DNA of 64,000 nt from a virus: positions 32,001-96,000 of IMG/VR virus record IMGVR_UViG_3300028874_000010; one strand, given 5' to 3'. The translations under genes and the position numbers were made by a program. Each line of letters opens with the position of its first letter. The stretch's first letter is position 1. Below the pieces are notes generated by a model. That model saw only the letters and a list, made by a program, of their open reading frames with translations, did no database searches and was not told the DNA's origin. Shown here one piece after another: positions 30,512 through 40,073 of this stretch.

Positions 30512-30907
30512 TCATTCCATTCTTCCAATAGTAATATGAAAATTTTTATTAGTAGGCAAACCTAGTTCCTGCCTAATTTCTTTTAATCTTTTACTTTCTA
30601 CTGGCAATACCCAAAACTTCCAATGCTGTTCAATCTCATTGTTATATTCAAAATGTATTCTTTCGTGTTGATGCTTATTCCATAAAGCCATTTGTTCTTT
30701 AGATAATGGCGTTTTACCATCGAACACCGTTATATGCGGAAGCCATGCAGTATTTTGTAGCTTTAAATGAAGTTGTTTATCGACCCACCAACGATAATAT
30801 TTCGCAATATTGGGATCAACATCTGCAACGATCAATGAACCAGGACGAATCTTGCGGAGACCAGGACGATATGGATCGTACAGCACCTTAGCTGTAGATT
30901 TAAACAT
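30512..30907 (-). CDS. 2H phosphoesterase-like protein
   Basis: Two HxT motifs, PHITV and FHITIG. Confidence 0.7.
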   Translation of the reverse strand: MFKSTAKVLYDPYRPGLRKIRPGSLIVADVDPNIAKYYRWWVDKQLHLKLQNTAWLPHITVFDGKTPLSKEQMALWNKHQHERIHFEYNNEIEQHWKFWVLPVESKRLKEIRQELGLPTNKNFHITIGRME

Positions 30908-30981
30908 AATATTTTTATTTTTTGTATACTTTACAAATATGGATACAGAGAATTCTCTATATCCATATTATACTTTAGATA

Positions 30982-31272
30982 TTACGCGAGTTGCGTATAA
31001 GTGTTAGTAATTCCAGCAGCATTCCGACGTGCTGTTTCGTTAGCTAAAGCTGTTGCATATGTAATACCGAGTGCATCAATTGTAGGCTGAACTGAATCAT
31101 CATAAGTCAATGTTCGTGTACGAGTCAATCCATCAGCTGAAACTGTTGTCACTGCCGACATGCCTGGGATATTAGTAAATGCTGTTCCGTATGCACCCAG
31201 ACCAACACCATCAACGAAATTAAGACCAACTGAAGGCAAAACTGTAACCATTTGGTATGAAACTGTAGTCAT
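30982..31272 (-). CDS. Thr-rich late protein, possibly virion-associated
   Basis: TATAAATA at 31298-31305 and AAGGA RBS. Confidence 0.6.
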   Translation of the reverse strand: MTTVSYQMVTVLPSVGLNFVDGVGLGAYGTAFTNIPGMSAVTTVSADGLTRTRTLTYDDSVQPTIDALGITYATALANETARRNAAGITNTYTQLA

Positions 31273-31300
31273 GATAAAAATCCTTTATTGTTTTGTTTAT

Positions 31301-31924
31301 TTATAATTCTGTAAATGCTTCATGTGTTTCATATTCTACACAATCTTGTAAACCTAATTTATTGAACGCCCACCATCTTTCTCTACATGCGAAACATAGA
31401 CCACAGTGACTATCTATTTTTTCTGTGCATGTATGAGTTAGTTTAAGCAAATCAAATAATTGTTCTTGGTAATATAGATCAACTATATTTGTCTTTAAAG
31501 AAGTACCAAATGGCATATGCATATTTTTCCATTCAGTCTTGATATATCGATAAGGCTTTTGACCTTCCGGGATTTTATCGGCCCATTCTGGATTCATTGT
31601 TGTTCCAGTATAGAAGTAATCGACTTCATCCAAAGCTTTGGTAAATATTGGAGACAATACACCATTTGGATTCTTTGGATTATTAATTAATCTAACTTCA
31701 CATATAACATTCAATTCATCCAAGATCCTATTGACATATTCATAACTGTTTCCTAAATCAACCGTATACACTACAACTTTTTTATGATCGATTTCTTTAA
31801 GTAGATAATATGCAAGTAATGTACTATCCATTCCTCCGCTCATTGCAATTCCGATCTTGTTATATTTGATCGGAATATGGATATGAAGAATTTTGTCTAA
31901 CAGATGTAAATCAAGAGTTGTCAT
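31301..31924 (-). CDS. QueC/ExsB-like PP-loop ATPase
   Basis: SGGMDS PP-loop and THTC..HCGLCFACRER Zn motif. Confidence 0.75.
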   Translation of the reverse strand: MTTLDLHLLDKILHIHIPIKYNKIGIAMSGGMDSTLLAYYLLKEIDHKKVVVYTVDLGNSYEYVNRILDELNVICEVRLINNPKNPNGVLSPIFTKALDEVDYFYTGTTMNPEWADKIPEGQKPYRYIKTEWKNMHMPFGTSLKTNIVDLYYQEQLFDLLKLTHTCTEKIDSHCGLCFACRERWWAFNKLGLQDCVEYETHEAFTEL

Positions 31925-32745
31925 TTGAATAGTAATCCTCTTTTCAATAAATCAAATGGTTGAATTCCAAAGAATTCATTTTTACTAAATTCTTCTCCAA
32001 CTACATTGATCCATGGCATAACACCAAGCACTATATGAATTCTAGGTAATTGCGAAGTAGGTTTTTCTTTAGCATAAACACGATGCGGAATTCTGGTGTT
32101 CCAAACATAGCACTTACCAACTTCTAAATGCTGTTCGTGGACTAATGCATTCCCGTTTTCATCTGATCCATTAATTTCTAAGACGTACGAAGGATCGCTT
32201 TGCAGTGGAATATTAATTCGTAAATTCTGAAACGTAAATTCATCTCGATGAAAATTGAATCCATGAATCCCATCGTTAATTGGAAATATATAAGACACCC
32301 TAGAACGAGTTAATTGGCAATTCAATTTAGATAACAGAGATGAATAATGTTCTAGTACTAATGGATGAACTTTAGAAAATCGATATGTGTCATGATACGA
32401 ATTTTTAAGAACACTAATATTGCCAAGACCTTCGGCTCTTGAGAAATTTTGAGTTAGTTTTGGGTCGCCTAGAGTAGCATATGGATCAATGCCAAGATTA
32501 GGATTATATGTAAGACTAAATCCTTTATAGATTTCACTAGCTTTATTATTTGATCTCCAGCCTTGAAGATGTCCTAATTCTTTTTCAATTTCTAATGTAC
32601 TAACCAATAATTCTTCGGCTGTCGGAAGACCAAAATCAGAAAGATTAAATTCAAAAAATTGTTTTTCTATTTTAGTATTGTAATACTTAGAAATCTGAAA
32701 AGCATTCTCGACTTCTTCAAGCATTGTTAGATCAGGCAATGACAT
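31921..32745 (-). CDS. Asp/Asn beta-hydroxylase-like 2OG-Fe(II) oxygenase
   Basis: RSR, FHRD, RINIPL, WNT..PH and RIH motifs. Confidence 0.7.
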   Translation of the reverse strand: MSLPDLTMLEEVENAFQISKYYNTKIEKQFFEFNLSDFGLPTAEELLVSTLEIEKELGHLQGWRSNNKASEIYKGFSLTYNPNLGIDPYATLGDPKLTQNFSRAEGLGNISVLKNSYHDTYRFSKVHPLVLEHYSSLLSKLNCQLTRSRVSYIFPINDGIHGFNFHRDEFTFQNLRINIPLQSDPSYVLEINGSDENGNALVHEQHLEVGKCYVWNTRIPHRVYAKEKPTSQLPRIHIVLGVMPWINVVGEEFSKNEFFGIQPFDLLKRGLLFK

Positions 32746-33214
32746 AATAATTAGTTTTGTTTTCGATTAGATCAAATATTGGTGATGATAATTCTATAAA
32801 CCCAGCTCGTTTGTAAGTACTCAACGCTTCTTGTTTTGGATAACTCCAAATAACTTTACCCGGATACAAATCTCGAGTCATCTGTAATGTTAACTTTAAT
32901 AAGCATTCACCAAGCTTGTGTCCTCTTTTTTCAGGGATAACATAAAGGCCTCGTGATCTAACTGTATTTTCTACCAAATGAAAACTATTAACAGCCACCA
33001 TTTTCTTGGTACTATAATCATAAGTCCCAAGAAAAACAGGATCGGAATATTTGTCAGTAAAAGACATTGTCCAAGGTGGTTCTGGTAAGACCATCGCAGA
33101 CATTGGCTCTATAGGAGAAACCCTATCCTTCCATAATTCTTTCCAATATGGTAAAATTTCTTCGTAAGTCAGAGCGAATGTATAAATCATTGTGCAGGCC
33201 CTATCATATGACAT
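32732..33214 (-). CDS. GNAT acetyltransferase
   Basis: RGLYV.PEKRGHKLG and A...YKRAGF motifs. Confidence 0.8.
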   Translation of the reverse strand: MSYDRACTMIYTFALTYEEILPYWKELWKDRVSPIEPMSAMVLPEPPWTMSFTDKYSDPVFLGTYDYSTKKMVAVNSFHLVENTVRSRGLYVIPEKRGHKLGECLLKLTLQMTRDLYPGKVIWSYPKQEALSTYKRAGFIELSSPIFDLIENKTNYYVIA

Positions 33215-34086
33215 TCATCATACATGATTTTCAAATATTTATCAGATGAATAAGTGAACTCTCCGGCCTTCATATTTTCCAACATTTCATTTGCTGGAAT
33301 ATACATATGAACTTCACTGTGTTTATATTTGTCCCAAATCTTTTGTCGCATCCCATTATCTAAATCTTCACTACCTTCAAAACCATGATACTTAGGACGA
33401 GGTTTAACTTCAATATCAAAATATTCTTTGTATTGTTGAGGTTTTCTAGATCTACCATCAACTAAGCCATATGTGTGAAAGTTTTTAAATTCATTAGAAT
33501 TTAAAATTGATGCGATAATACCAGGTGATGATTTTAACGGCGAGACCAAAACATTACTTTTGCCAAAGGCTTGAGCTATGGCATAATCTTTTTCCCGTTC
33601 TTGAACAAATGTGGTATCACGAAAATGTTTTGGCTCTGGGTGAATAGATGGAAGAATAACTAATTTTTTAGATGTGGCTGCCCACCATCTAGCAATATAT
33701 AAATGAATCGGGAGTTGAGGACTTGTACATTTGAAATTTTTAACAATCATATCAAATTCTTTACCTTCCCAGAACTCCTTTAAATTAAAATACTTATATT
33801 TTAGTTCACAGTGTCCACTAAGTTCTTCAACCCAAGCAATATCATGTTCATTGACTGTTTTATTTTCATACCTCAAATTGTATGCTACTGCTGTTACATT
33901 CTTTCCAGCTTCAATAAGTAAACGAGCCATGACCTCACTATCTATGCCACCACTAGCCATAACAATCAAATCTTGCGGAAGTTTATCAAAAATCTTCTGA
34001 AGTTCTTCTTTGGGCGTTCCAAATGAATCAACCTTAGGATAGGAGACTGAAAAATCATGAGGGCCAAGGCTTGAATATTTAATCAT
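33187..34086 (-). CDS. PP-loop (asparagine synthase/ExsB-like) protein
   Basis: SGGIDSE and C-terminal RPKYHGFE motifs. Confidence 0.6.
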   Translation of the reverse strand: MIKYSSLGPHDFSVSYPKVDSFGTPKEELQKIFDKLPQDLIVMASGGIDSEVMARLLIEAGKNVTAVAYNLRYENKTVNEHDIAWVEELSGHCELKYKYFNLKEFWEGKEFDMIVKNFKCTSPQLPIHLYIARWWAATSKKLVILPSIHPEPKHFRDTTFVQEREKDYAIAQAFGKSNVLVSPLKSSPGIIASILNSNEFKNFHTYGLVDGRSRKPQQYKEYFDIEVKPRPKYHGFEGSEDLDNGMRQKIWDKYKHSEVHMYIPANEMLENMKAGEFTYSSDKYLKIMYDECHMIGPAQ

Positions 34087-34355
34087 TACTGTTTAATTGG
34101 CTTTTGTAAAGCATCTTTAATAATAACAGAGCCGTCAGACATGATTTGACATGATTGTGATTGCGGTGTAAATGGATCGGATTGGTGAGAAACCCGGCCA
34201 TCTGAATACATTAAAATTATAGACATATGTCCGGTCTGATCACACCCAATGCCATATCCGTAATCAGTCCCAGTCACCCCATGTTGAGCGGTGCATCCTA
34301 CTATAGATAAAATTACACTACATAGTAGTCCTATAAACAATGTAGACTTAATCAT
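34086..34355 (-). CDS. Putative lipoprotein
   Basis: Signal peptide with IVGC lipobox. Confidence 0.55.
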   Translation of the reverse strand: MIKSTLFIGLLCSVILSIVGCTAQHGVTGTDYGYGIGCDQTGHMSIILMYSDGRVSHQSDPFTPQSQSCQIMSDGSVIIKDALQKPIKQ

Positions 34356-34705
34356 GCTTCCCTCACAAATTTGATAAAATATTTATTATTGGCCCTCTTA
34401 AATGTAAATCGTCCAGTGATCACACCAAACCTAAAGTATTGCATCATAGCTGGAAAATCTCTCATTGTGACATGATATGTTTTTCCAGTATCTTGATCTT
34501 TTAGTACCATCTTATCCGAATAAGGACCACGGTCAATACCAATATACACCATACTTGAATAAAATTCATAGTTGGTCTTCCATTCGATCCCATGAGTACT
34601 ATCGTAATCTTGTATCAATTGCGCCCAGTAAGGGCGCCTATATTGTTTGAGAAGATTGCCATCTTTATCAAATGGGATCTGGATATTCTTTTGATTCTTT
34701 GACAT
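34352..34705 (-). CDS. Hypothetical protein
   Basis: ORF in operon. Confidence 0.6.
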   Translation of the reverse strand: MSKNQKNIQIPFDKDGNLLKQYRRPYWAQLIQDYDSTHGIEWKTNYEFYSSMVYIGIDRGPYSDKMVLKDQDTGKTYHVTMRDFPAMMQYFRFGVITGRFTFKRANNKYFIKFVREA

Positions 34706-35194
34706 TTATTTTTCCGTTAAAGTGTTAATCCATTTAACTAATTTTTTAGCTACGATTTCTTGTATTTGATCTTCAGTGATTGAGTTGTCCATACCGTAAA
34801 TCATATCTACCATACAAACTATGACATCAACTGCTTCACCAATCACACCATCTTTACCTTTAGGTTTGTAGTGATCACCTTCGTCAATCATCACCTCTTG
34901 GGCGAGCTCGCCCATTTCTTCCATGGCTTTAGATAATACTGCATATTTAGAACGGGGCCCACTGACCGCCCTAGATGTCGCCAGGATTTGCTTTACGACA
35001 GAACCCGGAGATGGTTCTTGGAATATTGCCCATTCATCACCAGGCATCATTCTAAACGGTTGGCTTCCGGCTGTTAAAAAATATTTACCGTCAAATGTTA
35101 GGAGTCCAATATACCCAGATGAAAATTTATATTGATAAATCCCTGGTTCAATCGGTGACTGATATTCTGGATCTCTCCATACAATTTCGGTCAT
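34706..35194 (-). CDS. MazG-like NTP pyrophosphohydrolase domain protein
   Basis: EEMGELA...EAVD all-alpha NTP-PPase motif; ATGA overlap with the radical SAM stop. Confidence 0.7.
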   Translation of the reverse strand: MTEIVWRDPEYQSPIEPGIYQYKFSSGYIGLLTFDGKYFLTAGSQPFRMMPGDEWAIFQEPSPGSVVKQILATSRAVSGPRSKYAVLSKAMEEMGELAQEVMIDEGDHYKPKGKDGVIGEAVDVIVCMVDMIYGMDNSITEDQIQEIVAKKLVKWINTLTEK

Positions 35195-36270
35195 CTCCCG
35201 CAACCACCGCCACCAAAGGCTCCAGATCCACCGCAACCACCGCCGCCATAAGACACGTCTGGTTTCTTTTTAACAGTCTCTTTATAAGATGGGTCTTTGA
35301 TGACTATACTTTCAGTAGGTAATAACTTGCTATTATTACTAACTGCTTCAGCCAATCCGGTTTGTTTTAACGGCGTCGTTTTTGGAACTATCTTCGGGAT
35401 AGTAACCGGCATAGCTTTTGCAACATGCTGTTTAAGCGGCTGGTTTTTATATTCTTCTAAATACGTATCATGTAAAACTTCATTAAATTCTATATTGCCT
35501 TCCCAATCAGTTGAAAGTTTGCCAGTGATATGATAGATTAATTCATACACATCAGAAATTGCCACTGATGGTTCAGCATAACTAGCCTTAAATACAACAG
35601 GCATTCCATCAATCAAGATTGTATGATTTCGGCATACTGCGCAAGCTCCAGCTGAGATGATTGTATAATCGGCATATAACTTTTCAAGATATGTATTACC
35701 CATCTGATTATTATTTTGATCATACCTAAAGCTCACACTTGATGCGCCAACAATTTTCGCATATTCGATAAACTGAGAAACATAATCTTTGTTCAGAAGA
35801 TCTTTATCGGTATAGACATGATTCAAATTCATATCTATACCGTTCCGATTTAATTCAGCCGCACAAACTTTTAAAGCTTCATCTTTGATAATTTCTTTAG
35901 TCTGGAATACTGCCGTATTAGCTTCATACCCTATCGCGTGCCGACTGACATTCAGGTGATTAATCCCTCTACTAATCAAACCAAGTTTTTCTTCTAACTT
36001 GGTACCATTTGTAGTTAGAACAATCTTATCAAATCGGTTTGATAGTTTAAGCAATCCAAGAATAGCAGAAAGATCTGGTGATAATGTTGGTTCTCCACCG
36101 CTAATACTGACTTGTCTGAAATGCGATGGAAGACGATTGAATAAAACGTCTTCCAGATTTTTTAGATAATTTGAACTAGCTTTCCGCTTGAACGGATCTG
36201 TGCAGAATGAACAAAAAGAATTACAGCCGCCCGATGTTATAATCGTGAAATTAGGATCTAAATATGTCAT
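35191..36270 (-). CDS. Radical SAM enzyme with Gly/Cys-rich C-terminal tail
   Basis: CNSFCSFC, SGGEPT, TTNG and NVSRH motifs; ends SYGGGGCGGSGAFGGGGCGR. Confidence 0.9.
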   Translation of the reverse strand: MTYLDPNFTIITSGGCNSFCSFCTDPFKRKASSNYLKNLEDVLFNRLPSHFRQVSISGGEPTLSPDLSAILGLLKLSNRFDKIVLTTNGTKLEEKLGLISRGINHLNVSRHAIGYEANTAVFQTKEIIKDEALKVCAAELNRNGIDMNLNHVYTDKDLLNKDYVSQFIEYAKIVGASSVSFRYDQNNNQMGNTYLEKLYADYTIISAGACAVCRNHTILIDGMPVVFKASYAEPSVAISDVYELIYHITGKLSTDWEGNIEFNEVLHDTYLEEYKNQPLKQHVAKAMPVTIPKIVPKTTPLKQTGLAEAVSNNSKLLPTESIVIKDPSYKETVKKKPDVSYGGGGCGGSGAFGGGGCGR

Positions 36271-36278
36271 GTTTAACT

Positions 36279-36545
36279 TTATGGCCAGTTTGATGATGCA
36301 TTATGTTGCATATTATGCATACAGTTTACAATATTTTGCATATTAGTAATATGTTTCTCGAGTGTAGCAAATTCGTCCCTGAGCAATTCATCTTCGGTAA
36401 ACAAAGGGCCATTGATACCATGATGTCTAATTCGAGTCTTGTAAATACCTGATTGAATCCTAGATTGAAACAACAAAATATATGATTGGGAAATAGTCAT
36501 TTGGCCCTGAAGAATGGCCAACTCAATAGACAGTTTTTCACTCAT
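36279..36545 (-). CDS. Hypothetical protein
   Basis: ORF. Confidence 0.55.
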   Translation of the reverse strand: MSEKLSIELAILQGQMTISQSYILLFQSRIQSGIYKTRIRHHGINGPLFTEDELLRDEFATLEKHITNMQNIVNCMHNMQHNASSNWP

Positions 36546-36628
36546 GATGGATCACTCAAAGTTGGAAGATTTGACGGTTACGTTAATCCGTCGTCACGAG
36601 GACCGTACATCGCGGCTAGACGATTTAT

Positions 36629-37102
36629 TCAAAATGGCATGATTAAATGTTCAACAATAGATTCGCCAGTCTCTTTATAATCAAGCTTTAAAACCAAATC
36701 AAATGTTTCGGAATTCCATGGCTTTGGATACTCACTAGACTTTGCGCCAAGTTCATGCATGAGATGTGGAATTCTTCCATGATGCCAACACACTACAACA
36801 ATTTTGTTTTCATACACCGGGCTATGGCAAATAAGAGTAGCAAGTTTATCATACTCTGCATTTTCATATCTCATATCGATTAGCTTATCAAATGCACTAG
36901 CTAGAGGCATCACTGTTTGGTACGGCCTCTGACTATTTTTATTTGGTTGAGCCGCAAAAATATAATCGGGAACACCTATATTAGTTCTAAACCAATCTAC
37001 CAAAGCCTCAGCACGAGAAAAACCAGCAATAGATAAAAATGAATCTCTTTGATCTATTGGCTTTTCAGCATGCCTAAGAATGTAAATTGTTGGTGTATTC
37101 AT
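36629..37102 (-). CDS. Histidine phosphatase superfamily protein
   Basis: RHAEK, R..QT..P and CWHH motifs. Confidence 0.8.
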   Translation of the reverse strand: MNTPTIYILRHAEKPIDQRDSFLSIAGFSRAEALVDWFRTNIGVPDYIFAAQPNKNSQRPYQTVMPLASAFDKLIDMRYENAEYDKLATLICHSPVYENKIVVVCWHHGRIPHLMHELGAKSSEYPKPWNSETFDLVLKLDYKETGESIVEHLIMPF

Positions 37103-37126
37103 ATTATTCTATTTTTAAATATCGGG

Positions 37127-37211
37127 CGGAAACAGTAGGATTCGAACCCACGGAGCTGTTACACTCTCCAGATTTCAAGTCTGGCGCATTAGACCACTCT
37201 GCCATGCTTCC
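37127..37211 (-). tRNA. tRNA-Ser(TGA), CCA not encoded
   Basis: Loop CTTGAAA, long variable arm, 3' end G-CCC; GATAAATA 8 nt upstream. Confidence 0.92.
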
Positions 37212-37221
37212 ATATTTCTAT

Positions 37222-37545
37222 TTATCCTATATACTTGCCATCAACAAAAATTCCATTTCCTCTATTGTAGAGTCGACTATTTCTTGCCAAGTTTCTTTTA
37301 AATTCGCCATCGAGATATAATGCTTTACTTTTGATTTCAATATCAGGAATTCGTTTACTTCCATACACCAATCCAGATAATGAATAGTTTTCATTACCAA
37401 TAAGTATAATAGAAGGACTCGCATTATCATTGATAGACTGTAGCTTAATTTTTTTAGCTACATTCCTACGATTCATGATATACCAGACAACAATAAAAAC
37501 ACAAAGAAATCGTGAAAAACTTGGTGTTAAAAGCCAGTGTAACAT
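37222..37545 (-). CDS. Hypothetical membrane-anchored protein
   Basis: N-terminal hydrophobic segment. Confidence 0.55.
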   Translation of the reverse strand: MLHWLLTPSFSRFLCVFIVVWYIMNRRNVAKKIKLQSINDNASPSIILIGNENYSLSGLVYGSKRIPDIEIKSKALYLDGEFKRNLARNSRLYNRGNGIFVDGKYIG

Positions 37546-37554
37546 TTTTATTCC

Positions 37555-37893
37555 TTATACTATGATCATGCCTTTACTTTCAATCCATCTTGCAAGTTTA
37601 ATACAATCTTGCATTACGAAGTCTTCTGGTGTAACTAAAGCAAATCCCAAATACAGATTACCTTTACATACATGTGCAAGATTCTGGGGCAATATTGAAT
37701 CAACAATAATTTTATATGGAATCATGCACCAGTTCATCATCGAAATACAGGCATTATATCCATCATGCTCTGATAGATCTTCTTCTGTTTTAAATACCCG
37801 AATCAAAAATGGATTGTTTGGATAATCCGGATCTGCAAATCCGGTTGCAGCAACAAGTTCAATAGTCTTATTTTGTTCTTTTTGTAATACCAT
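37555..37893 (-). CDS. Hypothetical protein
   Basis: ORF. Confidence 0.55.
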   Translation of the reverse strand: MVLQKEQNKTIELVAATGFADPDYPNNPFLIRVFKTEEDLSEHDGYNACISMMNWCMIPYKIIVDSILPQNLAHVCKGNLYLGFALVTPEDFVMQDCIKLARWIESKGMIIV

Positions 37894-37949
37894 ATCATTC
37901 TCTATTCGAGTTTCAATTATACAATAGTTTTATTATTTTTGCTCTTGAA

Positions 37950-38198
37950 TTAAATCAATGGAGTTATTTCATAAAATGGATATTCACTCCAATTATTTTT
38001 AATAACCTCACTATCAGACCCAAACCAAATTACAGCTTTAAGACCACGTTCAAAATCAATCTGACTTGAATCATATTCTGACTTTAACTCTACGACTTTA
38101 CCAATTCCACCGGGAGTTCTAACGTCCATAAACATCTTAATCCATGTTGCTACATATCGGTTGTGATGAATCTGTTTATCAAAAAGTAAAGGGATCAT
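37950..38198 (-). CDS. Hypothetical protein
   Basis: ORF. Confidence 0.5.
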   Translation of the reverse strand: MIPLLFDKQIHHNRYVATWIKMFMDVRTPGGIGKVVELKSEYDSSQIDFERGLKAVIWFGSDSEVIKNNWSEYPFYEITPLI

Positions 38199-38246
38199 TA
38201 GAACACCGTATTAAAGAATTTTTCCTATAGTACCCGGAACATAATT

Positions 38247-38594
38247 TTATTGTCGTGTATTAATTTTAACAGCAAACTCGAATCGGGCAACCCGGCCTGG
38301 ATAACCTTCAGCTGGTAGATATTCGACGAGCCACCCGGCTTTACGATAGAAATGTTCGATATCAAGATAGCAGCCATCAATAATATCTTGGCTTGTGATA
38401 CGCGTTGGTGAACGTTGTTGTATTTCTAAAATTATTTCTTCTTGTGTAAAAACAGAAGAAGCACCAGTCCGATCTTCAAACTTAATCAAATTATCCGAAA
38501 TCAGTTTATTGAATGCTTGAATCACAAAGCCCGGCAAATGTAAACCATTTTCTTTTGATGCTAATGCTTCCTGAGGTGTTATTGCTTTTTCCAT
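38247..38594 (-). CDS. Hypothetical phage protein, paralog of 38604-38918
   Basis: Shared ITP.EA, P.FV..AFN and LDIE..Y..AGW.V motifs. Confidence 0.7.
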   Translation of the reverse strand: MEKAITPQEALASKENGLHLPGFVIQAFNKLISDNLIKFEDRTGASSVFTQEEIILEIQQRSPTRITSQDIIDGCYLDIEHFYRKAGWLVEYLPAEGYPGRVARFEFAVKINTRQ

Positions 38595-38603
38595 ATATTC
38601 CTA

Positions 38604-38918
38604 TTATTGTGTTTTAAACATGAAGTAATGCGGCTGACGCTCCGGATGAGGTTGCTTGATGAACTTTACATCCCATCCAGCTTGTTGATAGTGTGGTTCG
38701 ATATCAAGCATATTCTCGTTGAAGATTTTATTGCGATCTACTAAATCCCCGCCATGCTTAAGAATCACTGGAACGATTTCATCAAACGTAATCATAAATG
38801 AACAATGCTGGCTACCTTTCTTACCAATGACTTCATTAAAAGCTTCAAAAACGAAATCTGGAATATTGGCGCCATAAAGAGATTTTGCTTCTGCTGGAGT
38901 AATGGGCTTAACTGTCAT
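38604..38918 (-). CDS. Hypothetical phage protein, tandem paralog of 38247-38594
   Basis: Same shared motifs. Confidence 0.7.
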   Translation of the reverse strand: MTVKPITPAEAKSLYGANIPDFVFEAFNEVIGKKGSQHCSFMITFDEIVPVILKHGGDLVDRNKIFNENMLDIEPHYQQAGWDVKFIKQPHPERQPHYFMFKTQ

Positions 38919-38919
38919 A

Positions 38920-39243
38920 TTATCCTTTATTTTCAGAATTCTTTCCTATATGAAAGCCATCGCAATGAACACATTTATAATTGCTAAAATATAAATCACG
39001 TTTCTTCATCATTGCTTTTGCGGCTTTCTCTGCGGACACCTTAGTATTATACTTCACTTTAGGTTTGCCGTTTGCATTATAATGCGACCGTTTACTAAAC
39101 AATCCAACAAAATGGCCTTTGAAAAGATTGCGAATAAACCGAGTAAATGGGCCTTGATCAAGTAATACAAACCATAAATTTCTCAGTTTTATATTATTCC
39201 ATTTCATATTTTGGTGTTGCATATTTCGGCGGCGCATTTTCAA
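38920..39243 (-). CDS. Basic protein with C-terminal Y.C..C..(F/W)H zinc-finger-like motif
   Basis: K.KY.T...A..AA...YKCVHCDGFHIG; true start probably MKWNNI. Confidence 0.6.
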   Translation of the reverse strand: MKMRRRNMQHQNMKWNNIKLRNLWFVLLDQGPFTRFIRNLFKGHFVGLFSKRSHYNANGKPKVKYNTKVSAEKAAKAMMKKRDLYFSNYKCVHCDGFHIGKNSENKG

Positions 39244-39393
39244 GCTGATTCAAGAGTCGAAGGAGTTGGCTCTTTGGGGTATTTACCGCATGAACAATCT
39301 CACTTCGTTTTTCTTGACTTTTGGTCATGATCATTCTCTAGAACATATTGAACATGAAAACCATTATATACCAAACTTAAAGTAAGTGAACAA

Positions 39394-39729
39394 TTATTGA
39401 CGACGTTTCTTCCAATCATAATCAGGACCGGTTTCATCAACACCCGGATGTCCTACCGAATTTGGATTTTCTGAACATATAGTGACAAATGAAATATTAC
39501 ACCCTATTTGTTTTAGTTTACGAAGCTCTTCACTATATGTCAAAGCAAACTTCATTTCATCTGATCCGAATTTCTTTGATTTGGGACCTTGTTCATCAGT
39601 CCAATAAACTACATACAAAGTGAATTTTCCTTTTCTTCGAATGATTTTGGACGTATTGGCATAGGCTGCCAATGAGTTACGTTTCGATATGTTCCCGCTG
39701 GTCCTCCACCAACATAACAAAGATACCAA
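39394..39729 (-). CDS. Hypothetical phage protein; true start likely near 39617
   Basis: C-terminal SENPNSVG.PGVD...YDWKKRR. Confidence 0.55.
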   Translation of the reverse strand: MVSLLCWWRTSGNISKRNSLAAYANTSKIIRRKGKFTLYVVYWTDEQGPKSKKFGSDEMKFALTYSEELRKLKQIGCNISFVTICSENPNSVGHPGVDETGPDYDWKKRRQ

Positions 39730-39920
39730 TCAGGATATCCCTCGCTATCTATGGATCGCATCTTAGCTGGTTTGACCCGATAATTATCACATGGCGGATT
39801 AACCATACTGTTGATGAATTTGGTTTGCAGACTCTCTGTATCATCTTCAAACACTATGACCCATTGATTAATTTCCGGCAATCGATCATCAACGGAAATC
39901 CATTCAGGTGAATTTGACAT
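39609..39920 (-). CDS. DUF551 domain protein
   Basis: WISV.DRLP ... VTHWQP.P. Confidence 0.8.
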   Translation of the reverse strand: MSNSPEWISVDDRLPEINQWVIVFEDDTESLQTKFINSMVNPPCDNYRVKPAKMRSIDSEGYPDWYLCYVGGGPAGTYRNVTHWQPMPIRPKSFEEKENSLCM

Positions 39921-39941
39921 ATTTTATCGGTGAATTTGGGA

Positions 39942-40017
39942 TGGAGTCTCGAGACGGAATCGAACCGCCATAGATGGGTTTGCAAGCCATTGCCTAATGC
40001 CATTCGGCCATCGAGAC
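39942..40017 (-). tRNA. tRNA-Cys(GCA)
   Basis: Loop TTGCAAA, U73 discriminator, encoded CCA; one anticodon-stem mismatch. Confidence 0.85.
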
Positions 40018-40073
40018 ATTTTCTAAGGTAGATGATAACCCACCTTAGAATTTATTTATCTTATATTCCCGTA

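Noticed and set aside
31301-31924. 7-deazaguanine DNA modification pathway
   Set aside because: Only a QueC-like fold is present; folE, queD, queE and dpdA are not seen here.
35191-36270. Viperin or QueE assignment for the radical SAM enzyme
   Set aside because: Only generic radical SAM motifs are visible; family-specific residues cannot be confirmed without profile searches.
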